The notes: generated from the letters alone by a model not told the origin. DNA of 64,000 nt from Selaginella moellendorffii (GCF_000143415.4 NW_003314298.1:310001-374000), one strand, 5' to 3'. Shown: positions 12,631 through 24,616, counted from the first letter of the stretch. Numbers and translations are program-made.

Positions 12631-13850
12631 GGCCTCAGAGTCATGCGGGATTCCTGAGCGCCGTTACCACTGCCTTGACTTGCGTGTAGTTGTGGAGGAC
12701 GTACTCGCCCTTCTCTCGTCCTTGCCCGCTCATCTTTGGACTTGATCCGCACGGATCCCAGTTGGCCGTGTCGATGTCCTTTGTGAAGACACCGCACACC
12801 TCGGCCAAGACATACTTGGTGTTGTTCGTTCTCTCCGTGGCTTCTTGCACGGTCCTGCGATCAACGGAGCGCCAGAGTTTTAGACTTCTAGTTTGTAAAG
12901 TTACAACGTGCATACCTGAATTTTGTTACCAACTGGTCCAAAGATCTCGTCTCTTGATATCGCCCTGTTGTTCTGAAGCATTCACGCAACATCATGAATG
13001 GAAGAGCGTCTAGCCAATAAGCAGAGGCTCACCTTCACATCACTGAAAATTGTATACTATCCTTTGTTTCCGGGGCGGCACCAGTGCTTCCTCTTGTCTT
13101 TAGCTCAGGATCTTGTCAAACTGGGTGATAGAAAAAGGAAGTTTAAGAAACAGACCTGAGGTTCCTGCTGTTGGATGGATTTCCAACAAGGCACGAGCCT
13201 TCGCTTTCTTAATGTACTCGTCAAAATGCTGTCGAGGAACAAACGCTCATGATCTTGATCCATTGTCCCCGAGTTGAGACTTGGAGCTAGATGTTAGGCA
13301 GAAAGCTTAGCTGATTGGACGAAGCAAAGCGAGAGACCTCCACCGCATGGTCAGTATTCATCATGATGGAAGGAAACTGTCCTTCAGGTTGCTTCAGGCT
13401 GCTGCTTGCAAATTACCAGTCTGCCAGTTTCAGTGAGCAACCTTCACGGGAGAAAAACAAAATTATAACGTAGTTGTCAAGCTTTAAAAGCTCTTACCTT
13501 GTCTGTATCCACGCTGTAGACGGCGGTAAGAACTTCAGGTGGTAAAACAGCCTTTCTTCAAACAATAGCCATCCAAACAGAAATCCTCATTGCAAGTAGA
13601 CAGGCAACAATTCGGCGGTTTTGAGGACGATGGTAAGCACTTTTCAGGCAAACGTCATGTGTCAGCCCGTCCTGTAAGTTATTACCATCAAGCATTCATT
13701 CATTCAGATAGCTGCATAGTAGCGAAAGACACAATGAACTTTCCACCGTCTATAGCAAGTATTTCTCAGTAAGATCTTCGATCTTTCCTACGAGGTCAGG
13801 AACGAAAAACTTACATAAGCTGTGTTCAGGGACCTTGATCGAAATCTATT
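12631..13850 (-). pseudogene. Decayed tandem duplicate of the ALDH2B gene
   Basis: Colinear similarity to 15843-17620 including introns (e.g. [22 protein letters not shown]), with many deletions and frameshifts. Confidence 0.9.
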
Positions 13851-14061
13851 AACAGATTGAAAGAGTCTCACACGCACGAAAATGGTTAGCTGATCTGGAC
13901 GAAGCGGCCCAGCGGGAAGCTGCTACTAATTCCTAGAACAGTCATTATAAACTGTAGATAGTAAAACTCAGGTGTACCTGTGAAACGTTAGAAATTGAAA
14001 AAACACGAACCTTGTTCAGCTCAACAGGTTTCTGCGCTTTCCGATGAGCCTGTCTTCTGAT

Positions 14062-15356
14062 TCATCCGAGTTTGTCATCCCCATTGGACAGACACAGACT
14101 TCGTCCGCCTGAAATCGAAATACTTTCGATGCTTTTCTGACTGAATATTTTCTTTCTACTCACCTCCAGTCTCGTTCGCTTGCCATGCTTGGATGATTTC
14201 CTGTAAAGATTTTGAATCAGACAAGCAACTCGTGAGTAACTTCGAATTCTCTTACTTGTAGCTCCAGCTAAAGCAAAAGTGGGGAGAATCCGTTTGTCCA
14301 TCTGAAAGCCTCTTGATGCTGTAGCAGATGAAAGCAGGCTTCTCGTTCAGTGATACTTCTCCCTTTGTCCACTTCACCGTTGTCATGTCTGAAATTCGGT
14401 CCCGGGGCCAGAAGGACAGAGAATCCACGTCAATCTTGAAGGAGCTATGATTGATGAGACCAAACACTACGCGCCACGATGGTGCTCCTTGTTCTCGGCA
14501 CATCCTTGCCGTCATGGTCATCTCAACATCCAGAAGTTCCTCAGCCTCGTCGCTTGAGTTTGTTGCGGGAATTGCTCCGCTCTCAAAGAGAAGTGGTACA
14601 GTTTCTTCTCGTTCCTCCGCTGCTGGTGATGGTTCAACCTTGACGAGATTTTTCTGCGGAGGATTTGCATCCAGAGTCACAGAACTTGCGTCCGATTCGG
14701 GCCTGGAAAAGGTGATGGGGTGCAGGCACTCTTTGATATCAGCCATCAAGAGGTCTCGATCGAGGGACTGTAGATGCGCGTCATCCTTCCTAGAGATCCA
14801 AATCAGTCACAGAGAAAGCTCGAAGTTCACTTTGTTACCAGCTGCTGGCTATGTGCTGCATCAAAACGTTGTCGAGATCGTTTTCCACCTTGATCAGATG
14901 TGCTTCATCTAGGAAGAAGGAAAAAAAAGCATATGAAAAACCATGGGAAGGTTTTTGCTTACCACGACCAGAAGTTCTGAGAAGATTGCAAAGAGTCCTC
15001 CTCAGATCGATGAGCATCAACGCATCTGATTGTACGCACGATTCCTGGTCAGGAACGCTCTTGACGGCCTTGAGACCCCATATTACCCTGCCAAAATCTC
15101 TGCGATCGGTAAAATCTCCACCAGATCGAAGAGAAGGAAAGAGCAAACCTATCGCTGCATCTTGGGAAAGGATTCCTGTATGGCGCCGACCAGATGAGCT
15201 CCTGGATGCTGGACAACAGCACGCGCCGATGGAGAAGTGAGAACGCAATGGCGAGAAGACTTACAAGGAGAATTCTTGAGTGAGCGCTCCTTCCTTGGCG
15301 ATGTTGATCCCCGGCGTAGCAAACACAGAGCTCGGGCTGTCTTCCTCGAGCGCCAT
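14062..15356 (-). CDS. Hypothetical multi-exon protein of unknown function; 3' end uncertain
   Basis: Short GT-AG introns keep the frame: MALEEDSPSS...QEFS|FIQELIWSAPY...CSD|RDFGRVIWGLK...SGR|DEAHLIKVENDL...; long exon 14252-14790; no recognised motif. Confidence 0.55.
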
Positions 15357-15842
15357 ATTACCCTTTTAGGGCAACTTCCCGCCATTTTCCTGTTAAATGT
15401 CATATATTCAAATTGAATTGTATTAAAAATAATTTTTTAGTATTTAGCATTAACTACGATAAAAACACAAAATCTTTAAATATAACAATTAATTTACTAA
15501 TAAATAAGATTAAAATTTATTAATTCCATTATAAGTTTTTTGCTGTTCTCTCCATATTAAAATAGATAATTAATATTTTCTTTCAAAATAAAAACCAAAC
15601 TTTAAGGTTGAGAGAAGTTTTTAGATATTACGGTAATTTATTTCATTAAAATTTTGAAACTACATATTTTAGTCTGTTAAAGTTTATAAAATGAAAAAAA
15701 AAACTTATCCCATTTAAAAATTCATTTATATTGTTTTTAAGTATATTATTCCTTGATTATATTAAGAGTGTTATTTCTAAATTAAACTAACTACTCCGAA
15801 TATTTCTTGTTCTAGTAATCGATATTTCGAACGACGAAAGCT

Positions 15843-18051
15843 TCAGAGCCACGCGGGATTCCTGAGCGGCGTTACCACTGCCTTGACTTGCGTGTAGTTG
15901 TGCAGCACGTACTCGCCCTTCTCTCGTCCTTGCCCGCTCATCTTATAGCCGCCAAAGGGAATCGCCGCATCAAACACGTCGTAGCAATTGATCCACACGG
16001 ATCCCACTCGCAGTGCACGGCTGAACGTGTTGGCCGTGTCGATGTCCTTTGTGAACACTCCCGCGGCTAAGCCATACGTCGTGTTGTTCGCTCTCTCGAT
16101 GGCTTCTTGCACGGTCCTGAAGCGCCCGATTTTTAGTTCGTGAAGCTACACTACTTCCTACGTTCATACCTGAACTTTGTCACGGCCTGGACGGGGCCAA
16201 AGATCTCGTCTCTCGATATCGCCATGTCGTCCTGATGATCATGAATGAGAGAGCGTCTAGCCAAGGACAGAAAATAAGCAGAGGCTCACCTTCACATCAC
16301 TGAAGATTGTTGGCTGGATGTAGTATCCTTTGTTTCCGATACGAGTGCCGCCAGTGACCAGATTTGCTCCCTCATGTCTTCCTACGTCAATGTAGCTCAG
16401 GATCTTCTCAAACTGAGCTTTGTCAACCTGATAAAGAAGATACAAGCGAAAGTTAGAACTCACTATCGAAACCAAACAGACCTGAGGCCCTTGCTCCACC
16501 CCGCTCTTGAACGGATCGCCAACAACGCGCTTCAATGCACGAGCTTTCGCCTTCTCAATGTACTCGTCATAAATGCTCTCGTGAACGAACGTTCTTGATC
16601 CCGCACAGCAGCATTGTCCCTGAGTTGAAACTTGGAGCTAAAGCCTGTTTCGTATCAACCAGAGGACACTTACCTGGTTGAAGAACAAAGCAAAGTGAGA
16701 GAGCTCCACAGCTTGGTCAATATCCGCATCCGGCATGATGATGAAAGGAGACTTTCCGCCCAATTCCAAAGTAACTGGCTTCAAGTTGCTTCTAGCGGCT
16801 GCTTGCATTACGAGCTTGCCGGTCTCAGTAGAACCAGTGAAAGCAACCTTCACGCAAGAAAAACAGATTACTACGTACCCTTCAAGCTTAACCAGCTCTC
16901 ACCTTGTCTATGTCCATGTGGCTCGAGATTGCGGCACCTGCAGTTTCCCCAAAGCCCGAAACGACGTTAAGAACTCCCGGTGGTAAGCCAGCCTTTCAAG
17001 GAACAGCCATTGATATGAAGAAACAAAAAGAAGAAAATCTCCAAGAGCTCATGACGAGTACCTCGACTGCAAGTTTTGCTGCGAGACAGGCCGAGAGCGG
17101 TGTCTGTTCGGCGGTCTTGAGGACGATGGTATTACCACAGGCGAGAGCAGGAGCCACTTTCCAGGCAAACATCACCATGGGAAAGTTCCACGGAATGATC
17201 TGGCCGACTACACCAATTGGCTCGTGAAATGTAAGCACCTGATGTGGTCCGTCAGCCGGCAGTGTTTTACCATGGATTTTATCCGCCCATCCTGTCAAGA
17301 TCGAGAGTTTTAACCACCAAGCATTCATCGGGAAAAGCTTTCTCTACCTGCATAGTAGCGAAAGAGCCTCGTCACAAAGTGAGGAATCTCAACTCCTTGC
17401 GACTGCGAGTAAAGCTTTCCACTGTCCAAAGAATCCAGCGTTGCCAGCTCATCGTTGTGCTTCTCAAGGAGGTCGGCATACTTCAGCAAGATCTTCGATC
17501 TTTCCTACGATACGATGTCATGGTAAGAGAAAAAATGCTCAAAGCCAACCATGAACCGCCATCTCTACAAACAGGGGAACGAGGAACTTACATAAGCCGT
17601 CATTCTTGGCCAGGGACCGTGATCAAAAGCCTTGCGAGCGGCTTTCACAGCCCGATTGATATCTTCCACGTCCGCCTTGGCAACATCGGCAAGGACTTCC
17701 TCGGTTCGAGGATCCACAGTCGGGAATGTCTCGCCTGGACAAGCTCCGATTGAGTCTCTTTGCAGAAAAAAAAAAAAACAGAGAGGAAGACTTACCAGAG
17801 GCAGCGTCCACAAACTCCCCATCGATAAAGAGTTTAGAATGCTGGACTTCGTACGATGGCTTCACGGGTGCTTCCGCCGCAGCTACGGCAAAGCTCCGGA
17901 TCGCGCCTCCTCGACCTAAATTCACATGCACAAAAGCTCAGGTTCCTCGATCTAGCAGCGATTCACAATGGTTACCTGATCTCGACGAGAGACGGCCGAG
18001 CGGGATGGATCCAAGGCGAGTGAAGCTGGAGACGATAGCGCGAGACGCCAT
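15843..18051 (-). CDS. ALDH2B: Mitochondrial aldehyde dehydrogenase family 2 (ALDH2B-like), multi-exon
   Basis: Presequence [13 protein letters not shown]; [16 protein letters not shown]; [11 protein letters not shown]; TLELGGKSP; GQCCCAGSR; PFGGYKMSG; ends LRNPAWL. Confidence 0.95.
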
Positions 18052-18423
18052 AGCTGCCGCGGATGGGCTGCTAATAATCCCTAGTGCTAGCTCCATAGCT
18101 GCTGGATGGGATAAACATACTTCATACGGGTCCAAAAATGCGGCCTTTATTATGGGCCGTTGGATGGCCTCGCCGTTCACGAGGCTGGACCACAGTTAGA
18201 ATAAGAACGCACCGTGATTTTCGGATCAAAAGATCATTCGCAATTATAAATAGCTCACGAGATCGACGTGCTAAACTATTAGATACTAGAGCCCTCGAAA
18301 CCATAGCAAGAAAGCTTAGTTGCATGTACTCCAAAAGGGCAGCTCCATGGTACTTTGAGAATCTACGTGGATAGGTAACGCCGTGTATATAAGGGCAATG
18401 TTGGGGAAGGGTAAACCCTGGCA

Positions 18424-19486
18424 ATGGAGCTGAGGTTGAGGCCTGAGCAGCGGGAATGGTGTCGCCAAGCGTGCGTCCCTCTCAAGAACAAGGCATACCA
18501 GCAAGCCAAGAATGAATACCGTAAGTCTTTGGATTATAATGAGAACTCTTATCGATCGTTCTTCCTTTCCAGAGGAGCTCGTCACCGCCCATGCTAATGA
18601 AATGCTCCATGCTTCCACGAGTGATCACCCATATTGCCGCAGCGGCACCAGGGTGGTGCTGCAAGGCAGCTCCGAGTTTGTCAACGCGAATTTCATCACT
18701 CCGAATGCCATCTGCGGGGGAGAACCAGATTCACCACTCCATTTCTGGGAGATGGTCGTGCAGTGCAAATGCCGAGCAGTCGTCAAGCTCACACAGGCAC
18801 GTTCCAGTTTCATAGTGTATAGTTTCAACTGAGAACTTTGCGCAGGACATGGGTAGCGAATACTTCCCACTGAGAACAGGAGAATCGCAGGTGTATGGTA
18901 GAATCACAGTAACGAACCGGAGCTCCTCGCGCAGCAGCAACGAAGTCACGAAACGAATTCTCGGAGTGGAATGCCAAGGCTATCAGCCTTTCACGCTTGA
19001 GCACTTCCAATACTCGTGGTCAGACTTTGGCGTCCCCAAAAGGATAGAACCGATTCAAGAGATGTTTGCTGCGCTCTACAGGCTCCCTTCAGACTGTTCC
19101 TACTTTGTCCATTGCAGGTTGGACTTCTTCCTTCCTTTTGCCTTTTTCCTTTTTCTTACAAGAGTGACTTTTTGACAGGGCTGGGATTGGCCGTGCTGGA
19201 ACCTTTATCACAATCGATCACGTACTGAGATGCATTCTTGGTGGAAACCTTAGCGTGGTGAATATTTCCGAGACTGTGGCTCGTCTAAGAGAACAGCGGC
19301 GTGGATTGGTCGAGACACATGTAAGTTTGACTTTGCTTTAGCAGCTCTTGTTTGAATTTCATGCTGGTGCAGGACCAGTACTGGTTTTGTTTCAAAGCAG
19401 TCATCAAGGAACTCGAATTATTGATGTTCTCGGCGCAGCCCAAAAATCAAGAGTTTCATGCCAGCGCCAGGAAACTCGAAGTTTAG
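18424..19486 (+). CDS. Divergent classical protein tyrosine phosphatase (PTP1-like)
   Basis: FVNANFI; HFWEMVVQ; WSDFGVP (WPD loop); VHCRAGIGRAGTF across an intron; LREQRRGLVET.DQYWFC (Q loop). Confidence 0.85.
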
Positions 19487-19701
19487 CTATGAGAAAATCG
19501 TGTCCGGTCGGAGGCCAAAGAGTTTTCGGATAACTTCGCGTTCTCGAGCATCTAGCTTTGTCTCCAGAAGACGATCCAATTCTTCTTGAGAATCATACAA
19601 AATGAGAACTTTTGTTAAGAACAGCTTGAAAGTAAGTTAAGCTTGCATCCCTTTCGACCATGATCCGCTAGCTAAATAAAGAGAGAGAAAGCAAAGTTGC
19701 A

Positions 19702-20844
19702 TCAGACCCATGCTTCAACCATGCTCCTGGTTTGGATTTTAAGCTCGCCGTCTCCAAACGCAGCACTTGGATCCCACCTCCAACTCTTAGAGCTTAATTC
19801 ATAGCTCATCAGCAGCTTAGATACCCACACTGTATTAACCCCGTCGGTGCAGCATAGAAACCAGCCATCGCGATCGGCACGCTGTTGCTCCTGCATAGAT
19901 AGCATCTCACTCTCGAGCACCAAGTCAACCTCCAGCGTCTCACTATCCTGCACCACAGATCTGTGCCTGATCCCGCACACTTGCGTCCCCGCCCCGGTCA
20001 CAATCAGCAGCTGCCCTCCGCAGTGCACTGGCTTGGCTGTCTGCGAAGAAGCGGCGCCGCCATTAAGCCACCAGTACGACCACGAGTCCTCTCGCACGCG
20101 GTAGCTGCTCCGACACCCAGTCGAACGAATACGACACGTCCCCGCCACCTTTCTCCCACGCAAAATATCGATCTACGCAGAGTTGAGGGACGCAGCTGCT
20201 TCTCGCGGCCCACGAGTCGGTTGTGGAATCATAGATCCAGGCGGTGAGCCACCTGACCAAGACAAGCTTGAAGCAGCCAGAGTGCAAGGAAAACCAAGCT
20301 TGAAAGCTTGGTTTTGAAATCCTTTACGCAGGTTTCGATGAGAGTATGGACTTGGGTGTAGCGACCCGACAGTGGATTGGCAACCAGGTAGCGTGAGCTG
20401 CAGCAGCCATACGAGAAGCAGAACAAGATCGGTCCAGGATGTGGAGCAGCACAATACTCGAGGTTGTAGTCTTGCGGGCAGTAGCCATGGAGCGGGAGCA
20501 GCGAGAACTTGGTGCTCATGGGAGGCCCGTGCGCGATCGCCAGCCGGGGCTTTCGGAGCTGATTAGAGGAGTCGCAGAGACAAAATGCCAGAGTGGTGGT
20601 GGTCGCGGTGCCTAGCGAGAAGCTCCGGGCTGCTCAGCCTGGCATTCCAGGCCCTCGACACCATCCTGGCGTTCATGAGCGAGGGCGCGGGCAGCCGGAG
20701 AAGAATGTCGTCCTCGAGGAAGGCCGGGAGGAGGCCATGAAACAGTAATGCCAGATGGAGCTCCTCTTCCTCATGGTGGTGATCTCGGCTGTCATCTCCA
20801 TGGGGTGCTTGCAAGGAGGCAGCTCCTCCAGTGTTTGATCCCAT
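19702..20844 (-). pseudogene. F-box protein with F-box-associated/kelch-like C-terminus, frameshifted
   Basis: LLPAFLEDDILLRLPAPSLMNARMVSRAWN F-box; YLVANPLSG and WIYDSTTDSW lie in other frames, with stops at 20563 and 20063. Confidence 0.7.
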
Positions 20845-20899
20845 ACCTGTTGCTCGCCCGGCACATCAAATGACCACACGCGCGCCTGCTCAAAGCTGC

Positions 20900-22209
20900 T
20901 GCCGCCCCGCTTCTTGGCCTCCTCCTCCTTCCCAATTCCTCGGCCCTGGCACAAAATCGGATAGCCGATCGCATTGACTTGACCTGTTTGTAATGGCTTG
21001 GTCTCCTCGCTTATCTTGAGCTCCTCGCCCGTAAGCTCGCCGCTTCTATGGATCACTCTGGAATGCAGCAGCACAAACTTGCCATTGGCCAGCTCCACAA
21101 CTGCGTTGTGCCATGGCGTTGGAGTGTGGAAGTTCTTCTCCTCGGATGACCGCTGCGCCGCCACCAGGGGTGGATCAAATTGACACCTTTGTTGGGATGC
21201 CTGAAAAAACAGATTTTTTTTTCTTGCTGTAAGGCCTAGGTGATCGTCTCTTTTCGTCAACTTACGGGTGGATTGAGATACGTAGTTGGAGGGGAACCAC
21301 TCTACCATTGCCGAGTATGCGCGGTTCCTCTGGATCATCAAAAAGCCAACTTTGCTGCATAGCTTCTTCTTTGCAGACTTCGTTGGCAGCGCCTTGCAAG
21401 GCTCGTGGTCGTACAAATCCTCCAACATAAATCTGGAGAAGCCACGATAGAGATTCCGTGTCTCTAGATCCTCTTTGATGTGTCTTGTGATAGACGACTC
21501 ATCGCTTCCAAACAAGCACATGAGAGCTCTCCGGGCAGTCTCCGCATTCGAAGTTAGCAACGTTTTGACTGGATGCTCCAAAGTTGTGTTTGAAGATTGA
21601 CAACTTTTCAACCATGTCGAAAAGTCATCCAGTCGATAGAAACTGATCAAGCCTGGATACAAATTGTGTGCCGTCTCTCGGAACATCTCTCCATAGGTGT
21701 CAACGGTTGCATCAGAGCCAACTACGTCAAATAGCTGACAACTCTAAGAACCAAGTTGTACGAGGAATTGCATTTGAGAAAATCTTACCCAGGTCAGAGA
21801 AGCCATGACTGTCGGAAACTATGTTGTAGTGCACGCCGGAGGACACACAGCCTCAACATGCTCCGCAATGATCTTCATGGAATGTATGGCTAGTTCTTCC
21901 GCTTTGTCCGGGAACTTTCCTAGAGTTTTGTCCAGGTTGCACGACTTGACAGAGAAAGCTGCCAGGATGAACTCGAGAGAAATGTCACAGGAGATGTGGT
22001 ACTCGACTTGATCTGAAAACTATGAACCACTGGTCGTGTTTTGGAAAGTAGATGTAGTTTCGTTTGATGATTCCAACAACTTTGTTAGATCCTCCACCTC
22101 TTGACGAGTGTACCTCATGAAAGGTTCCACAAGACAATCTCTTGTCTTTATGCTCTTGTCCAAGATAATTTATTTCGCCTCCCAAGCTGCTAGGACTCTG
22201 AAATACCAT
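20900..22209 (-). pseudogene. Isocyanide synthase (Dit1/PvcA family), fungal-type; two introns (21788-21722, 21265-21201) and about 4 frameshifts; 3' end uncertain
   Basis: Ordered motifs HDQW; FILAAFSVKSCN-LDKTLGKFPDKAEELAI; AVCPP-G..IVSDSHGFSDL|VG.D.TVDTY; LYRGFSRFMLEDL; MIQRNRAYSAMVE; SIHP|HPNKG; FHTPTPWHNAVV. Confidence 0.88.
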
Positions 22210-22724
22210 CCATTTTTGATAAATTTCTTGTAAATGGAGGAGTTTAATTCCGTCCCTTAGTTTAGTGGTCTAAAACTCAACACAAAAAGCTAGGTTTTGT
22301 TCCATGGTTATTATATGATAATTTACCATATAGTATATAATGCTGAGAGTTTATTATAGTGTATAATACGGTCAAGTAAAATTTAATTTGGAATTTTCAC
22401 TATACTTTACAAGTTAAAATATATATTATAATTTTTTGTTTGGAATTACCTCAAATTTCCCCTTTTCTTCCCTCCCTTGGGAGTGTTCTTTTTTCTTCAG
22501 CTTGATAAAAGAAGAAAAAAAAGAAAAAGATGAATCATAAAGACATTCATTCTTTGTTGTTATGATTAGAATACTTTATATCAACTTAGCAAAAATATGA
22601 GAACTATTAATTAAATTACACATTGATCACTAAACAAAATAACAATTATATTTATAAATTACCAATAGATAAATAAACATATAAATTTTATTCTAAGTAT
22701 ATTCCTAACTATTCAAAGAATGGA

Positions 22725-23395
22725 GCAAGGCTCTCACTTTGCTCCTCGGCAACTCTTTGCTTGCTGGTATAATTCCACACCGGATTCATGTTCCTCTATT
22801 GTGGATTTTTGGATGGTGCCCCTATCCCGGCAACAGTCGGCACTTACTGTGTCTCGCCTTTTGGAAGTCTGAGCGACCACATTCCATCGCGCTTCACGGT
22901 TCCCCCAACTTCAAGCGGCCGAAACCATTCTTCTCTTTGAATCGCCTCAAAAATCCGAGGTAATCCAAACGAACATGAAACATAGAAGAGAATGATCAAT
23001 CAATTTACCTTCAGTGCGACATCACACTCGTTTTGGCGTTCCAATTCCTTGAAAACTTCCAAAAGAACTTGCTTGAGCAATCGACCACCTGCTTAGCCTA
23101 CCTGCGCTGGCACCCTCCTTGCTCAGAGGGCTCGTCACTGTCTCTCGCACAAGTGACTTCCTGCATCCCGAGCAATCAGCATATCCCTCCTTCTATCGTC
23201 CATCGCCCCGCAGCGCCACAGGCGACGAGGGCAATCGAACGCAGCTAGAACCATAAACCAATGATTAAAAGTTGACTCTACAAACCATCGAGTCCAAGGG
23301 AAAGAATGGCAGTAGAGAGCATGCAAGAAGCACCAAAATCTTCATCCAAAATCACGATTCCTGAGCTCAACCCACTTTTATTTTGGATCTATGCA
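22725..23395 (-). pseudogene. Decayed duplicate of the THA8-like gene plus adjacent aldolase 3' flank
   Basis: Similar to about 25025-25940 (cgccacaggcgacgagggcaatc; tctctcgcacaagtgacttcctgc; tagagagcatgcaagaagcaccaaaatc). Confidence 0.85.
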
Positions 23396-23654
23396 TCTTG
23401 TAATGGTGCAGGCAATTCGAACAGGCATTTCCAGAGCAAATGTGTGTAACCAAGCTCAGGGTGAAGGCAGGTGAGGTCGTTTTTCTTTTTCCCCCCCTCT
23501 AGTTCCCACATTGGCAATGCATGCACTTGGATATAGCTGGAGAGTCAGTTGGAGGTGTATAAGTATCCAGAGAGGAGGAGGAAGATGTCTTCACACTCAA
23601 GACGCCTCTGATATTTGGAGCACGATTGATGAAATGTGAGTGATGGTAGGGCCT

Positions 23655-23735
23655 TTTAAAGACTTCTCTCGCTTCTCTCAAATGCGGGCTCTCGGCAAAT
23701 GCCCTTAGCATTGCGGTCCAAACAACGTTTCGTTT
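23655..23735 (-). pseudogene. Isolated PPR motif remnant
   Basis: NVVWTAMLRAFAESPHLREAREVF resembles the S/P motifs of the PPR gene at 41595. Confidence 0.55.
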
Positions 23736-23971
23736 GAGCTTGCATTCTTACGCAAATCTTTTTATCTTTCCACGTAAAATCAGGGATCAGCTTTCTTAAA
23801 TTTCCAGTGTTTTGAGAGATCGGTTGTGCGCCACAACCAATGGTGGCGCTGGTTGGGCGAGAGTGAGCCCCGCCGCTGCCCCGGCAAGGTGTAATTGTGA
23901 TCAGAATAAACTTTTCCTTAAAAGGGAGCGAGAGTATTTATTTACTCTCCACTTAAGAATCTTAGGGTATT

Positions 23972-24445
23972 ATGAAAGGCTCGGGCGCTGGCTGCCAAGC
24001 TCCGCACACATGCTCGCTGGAGAAGCTTTGCAAATCAGGATTTATCAGCGTGAAGGCTAGGATGGGAGAAAAGATTGTCCGCTTCAGCGTGCATCACAGC
24101 AGTCTCAACTATGGTCTCCTCAGGACGGAGGTGAGCAGCAGGCTCCGCATGGCCAACTTCACCATCAGCTACTGCGACGAGGATCAGGACTGGGTGAGTC
24201 TGACTAGAGACTCCGAATTGTGGGACTGCCTCTGTGTGGCAGATAAGAACTCCACTTGTGTTAAGTTGCGGATCGAGAATCCACTTGTGCCGCCTGATGT
24301 AATACATGCAGCGCAACTCTTTGGGACTGGGGTCCTGCTCTGCGGCGGGCTTGCAGCAGCGGTGTGCTGCATATTTGAGCACCCCATAACTGCTCTTCCT
24401 CTGTGTTGTTTGGGGGCGATTCTGTTAGGCTTTACTGAACCATAG
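23972..24445 (+). CDS. Small PB1-domain protein with a C-terminal hydrophobic (probable transmembrane) tail, intronless
   Basis: ISVKARMGEKIVRF...FTISYCDEDQDWVSLTRDSELWDC...VKLRI (conserved Lys plus OPCA acidic motif), then two hydrophobic segments. Confidence 0.75.
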   Translation: MKGSGAGCQAPHTCSLEKLCKSGFISVKARMGEKIVRFSVHHSSLNYGLLRTEVSSRLRMANFTISYCDEDQDWVSLTRDSELWDCLCVADKNSTCVKLRIENPLVPPDVIHAAQLFGTGVLLCGGLAAAVCCIFEHPITALPLCCLGAILLGFTEP

Positions 24446-24612
24446 GTTTTTGGATTCTTATCGTTCTCTTTATTAAATTTAATGGATATATTTATCTTTT
24501 ACATGGCGACCACAACACCTTCAGTATCTTGCTGCTTCCAGCAGCTCCAATTGGTTTGCTCGGCCTTCTTGTCATATTCCAGGTCCGTGCTAGTTCTTTC
24601 TCTTAGCATTGC

Positions 24613-24616
<4 letters not shown>

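Noticed and set aside
15405-15830. AT-rich block as a MITE
   Set aside because: No terminal inverted repeats or TSD found
20673-21686. 337-aa ORF read as an intact protein or an ICS/F-box fusion
   Set aside because: It stays open only by reading through an intron with compensating frameshifts, and it overlaps the F-box in a different frame
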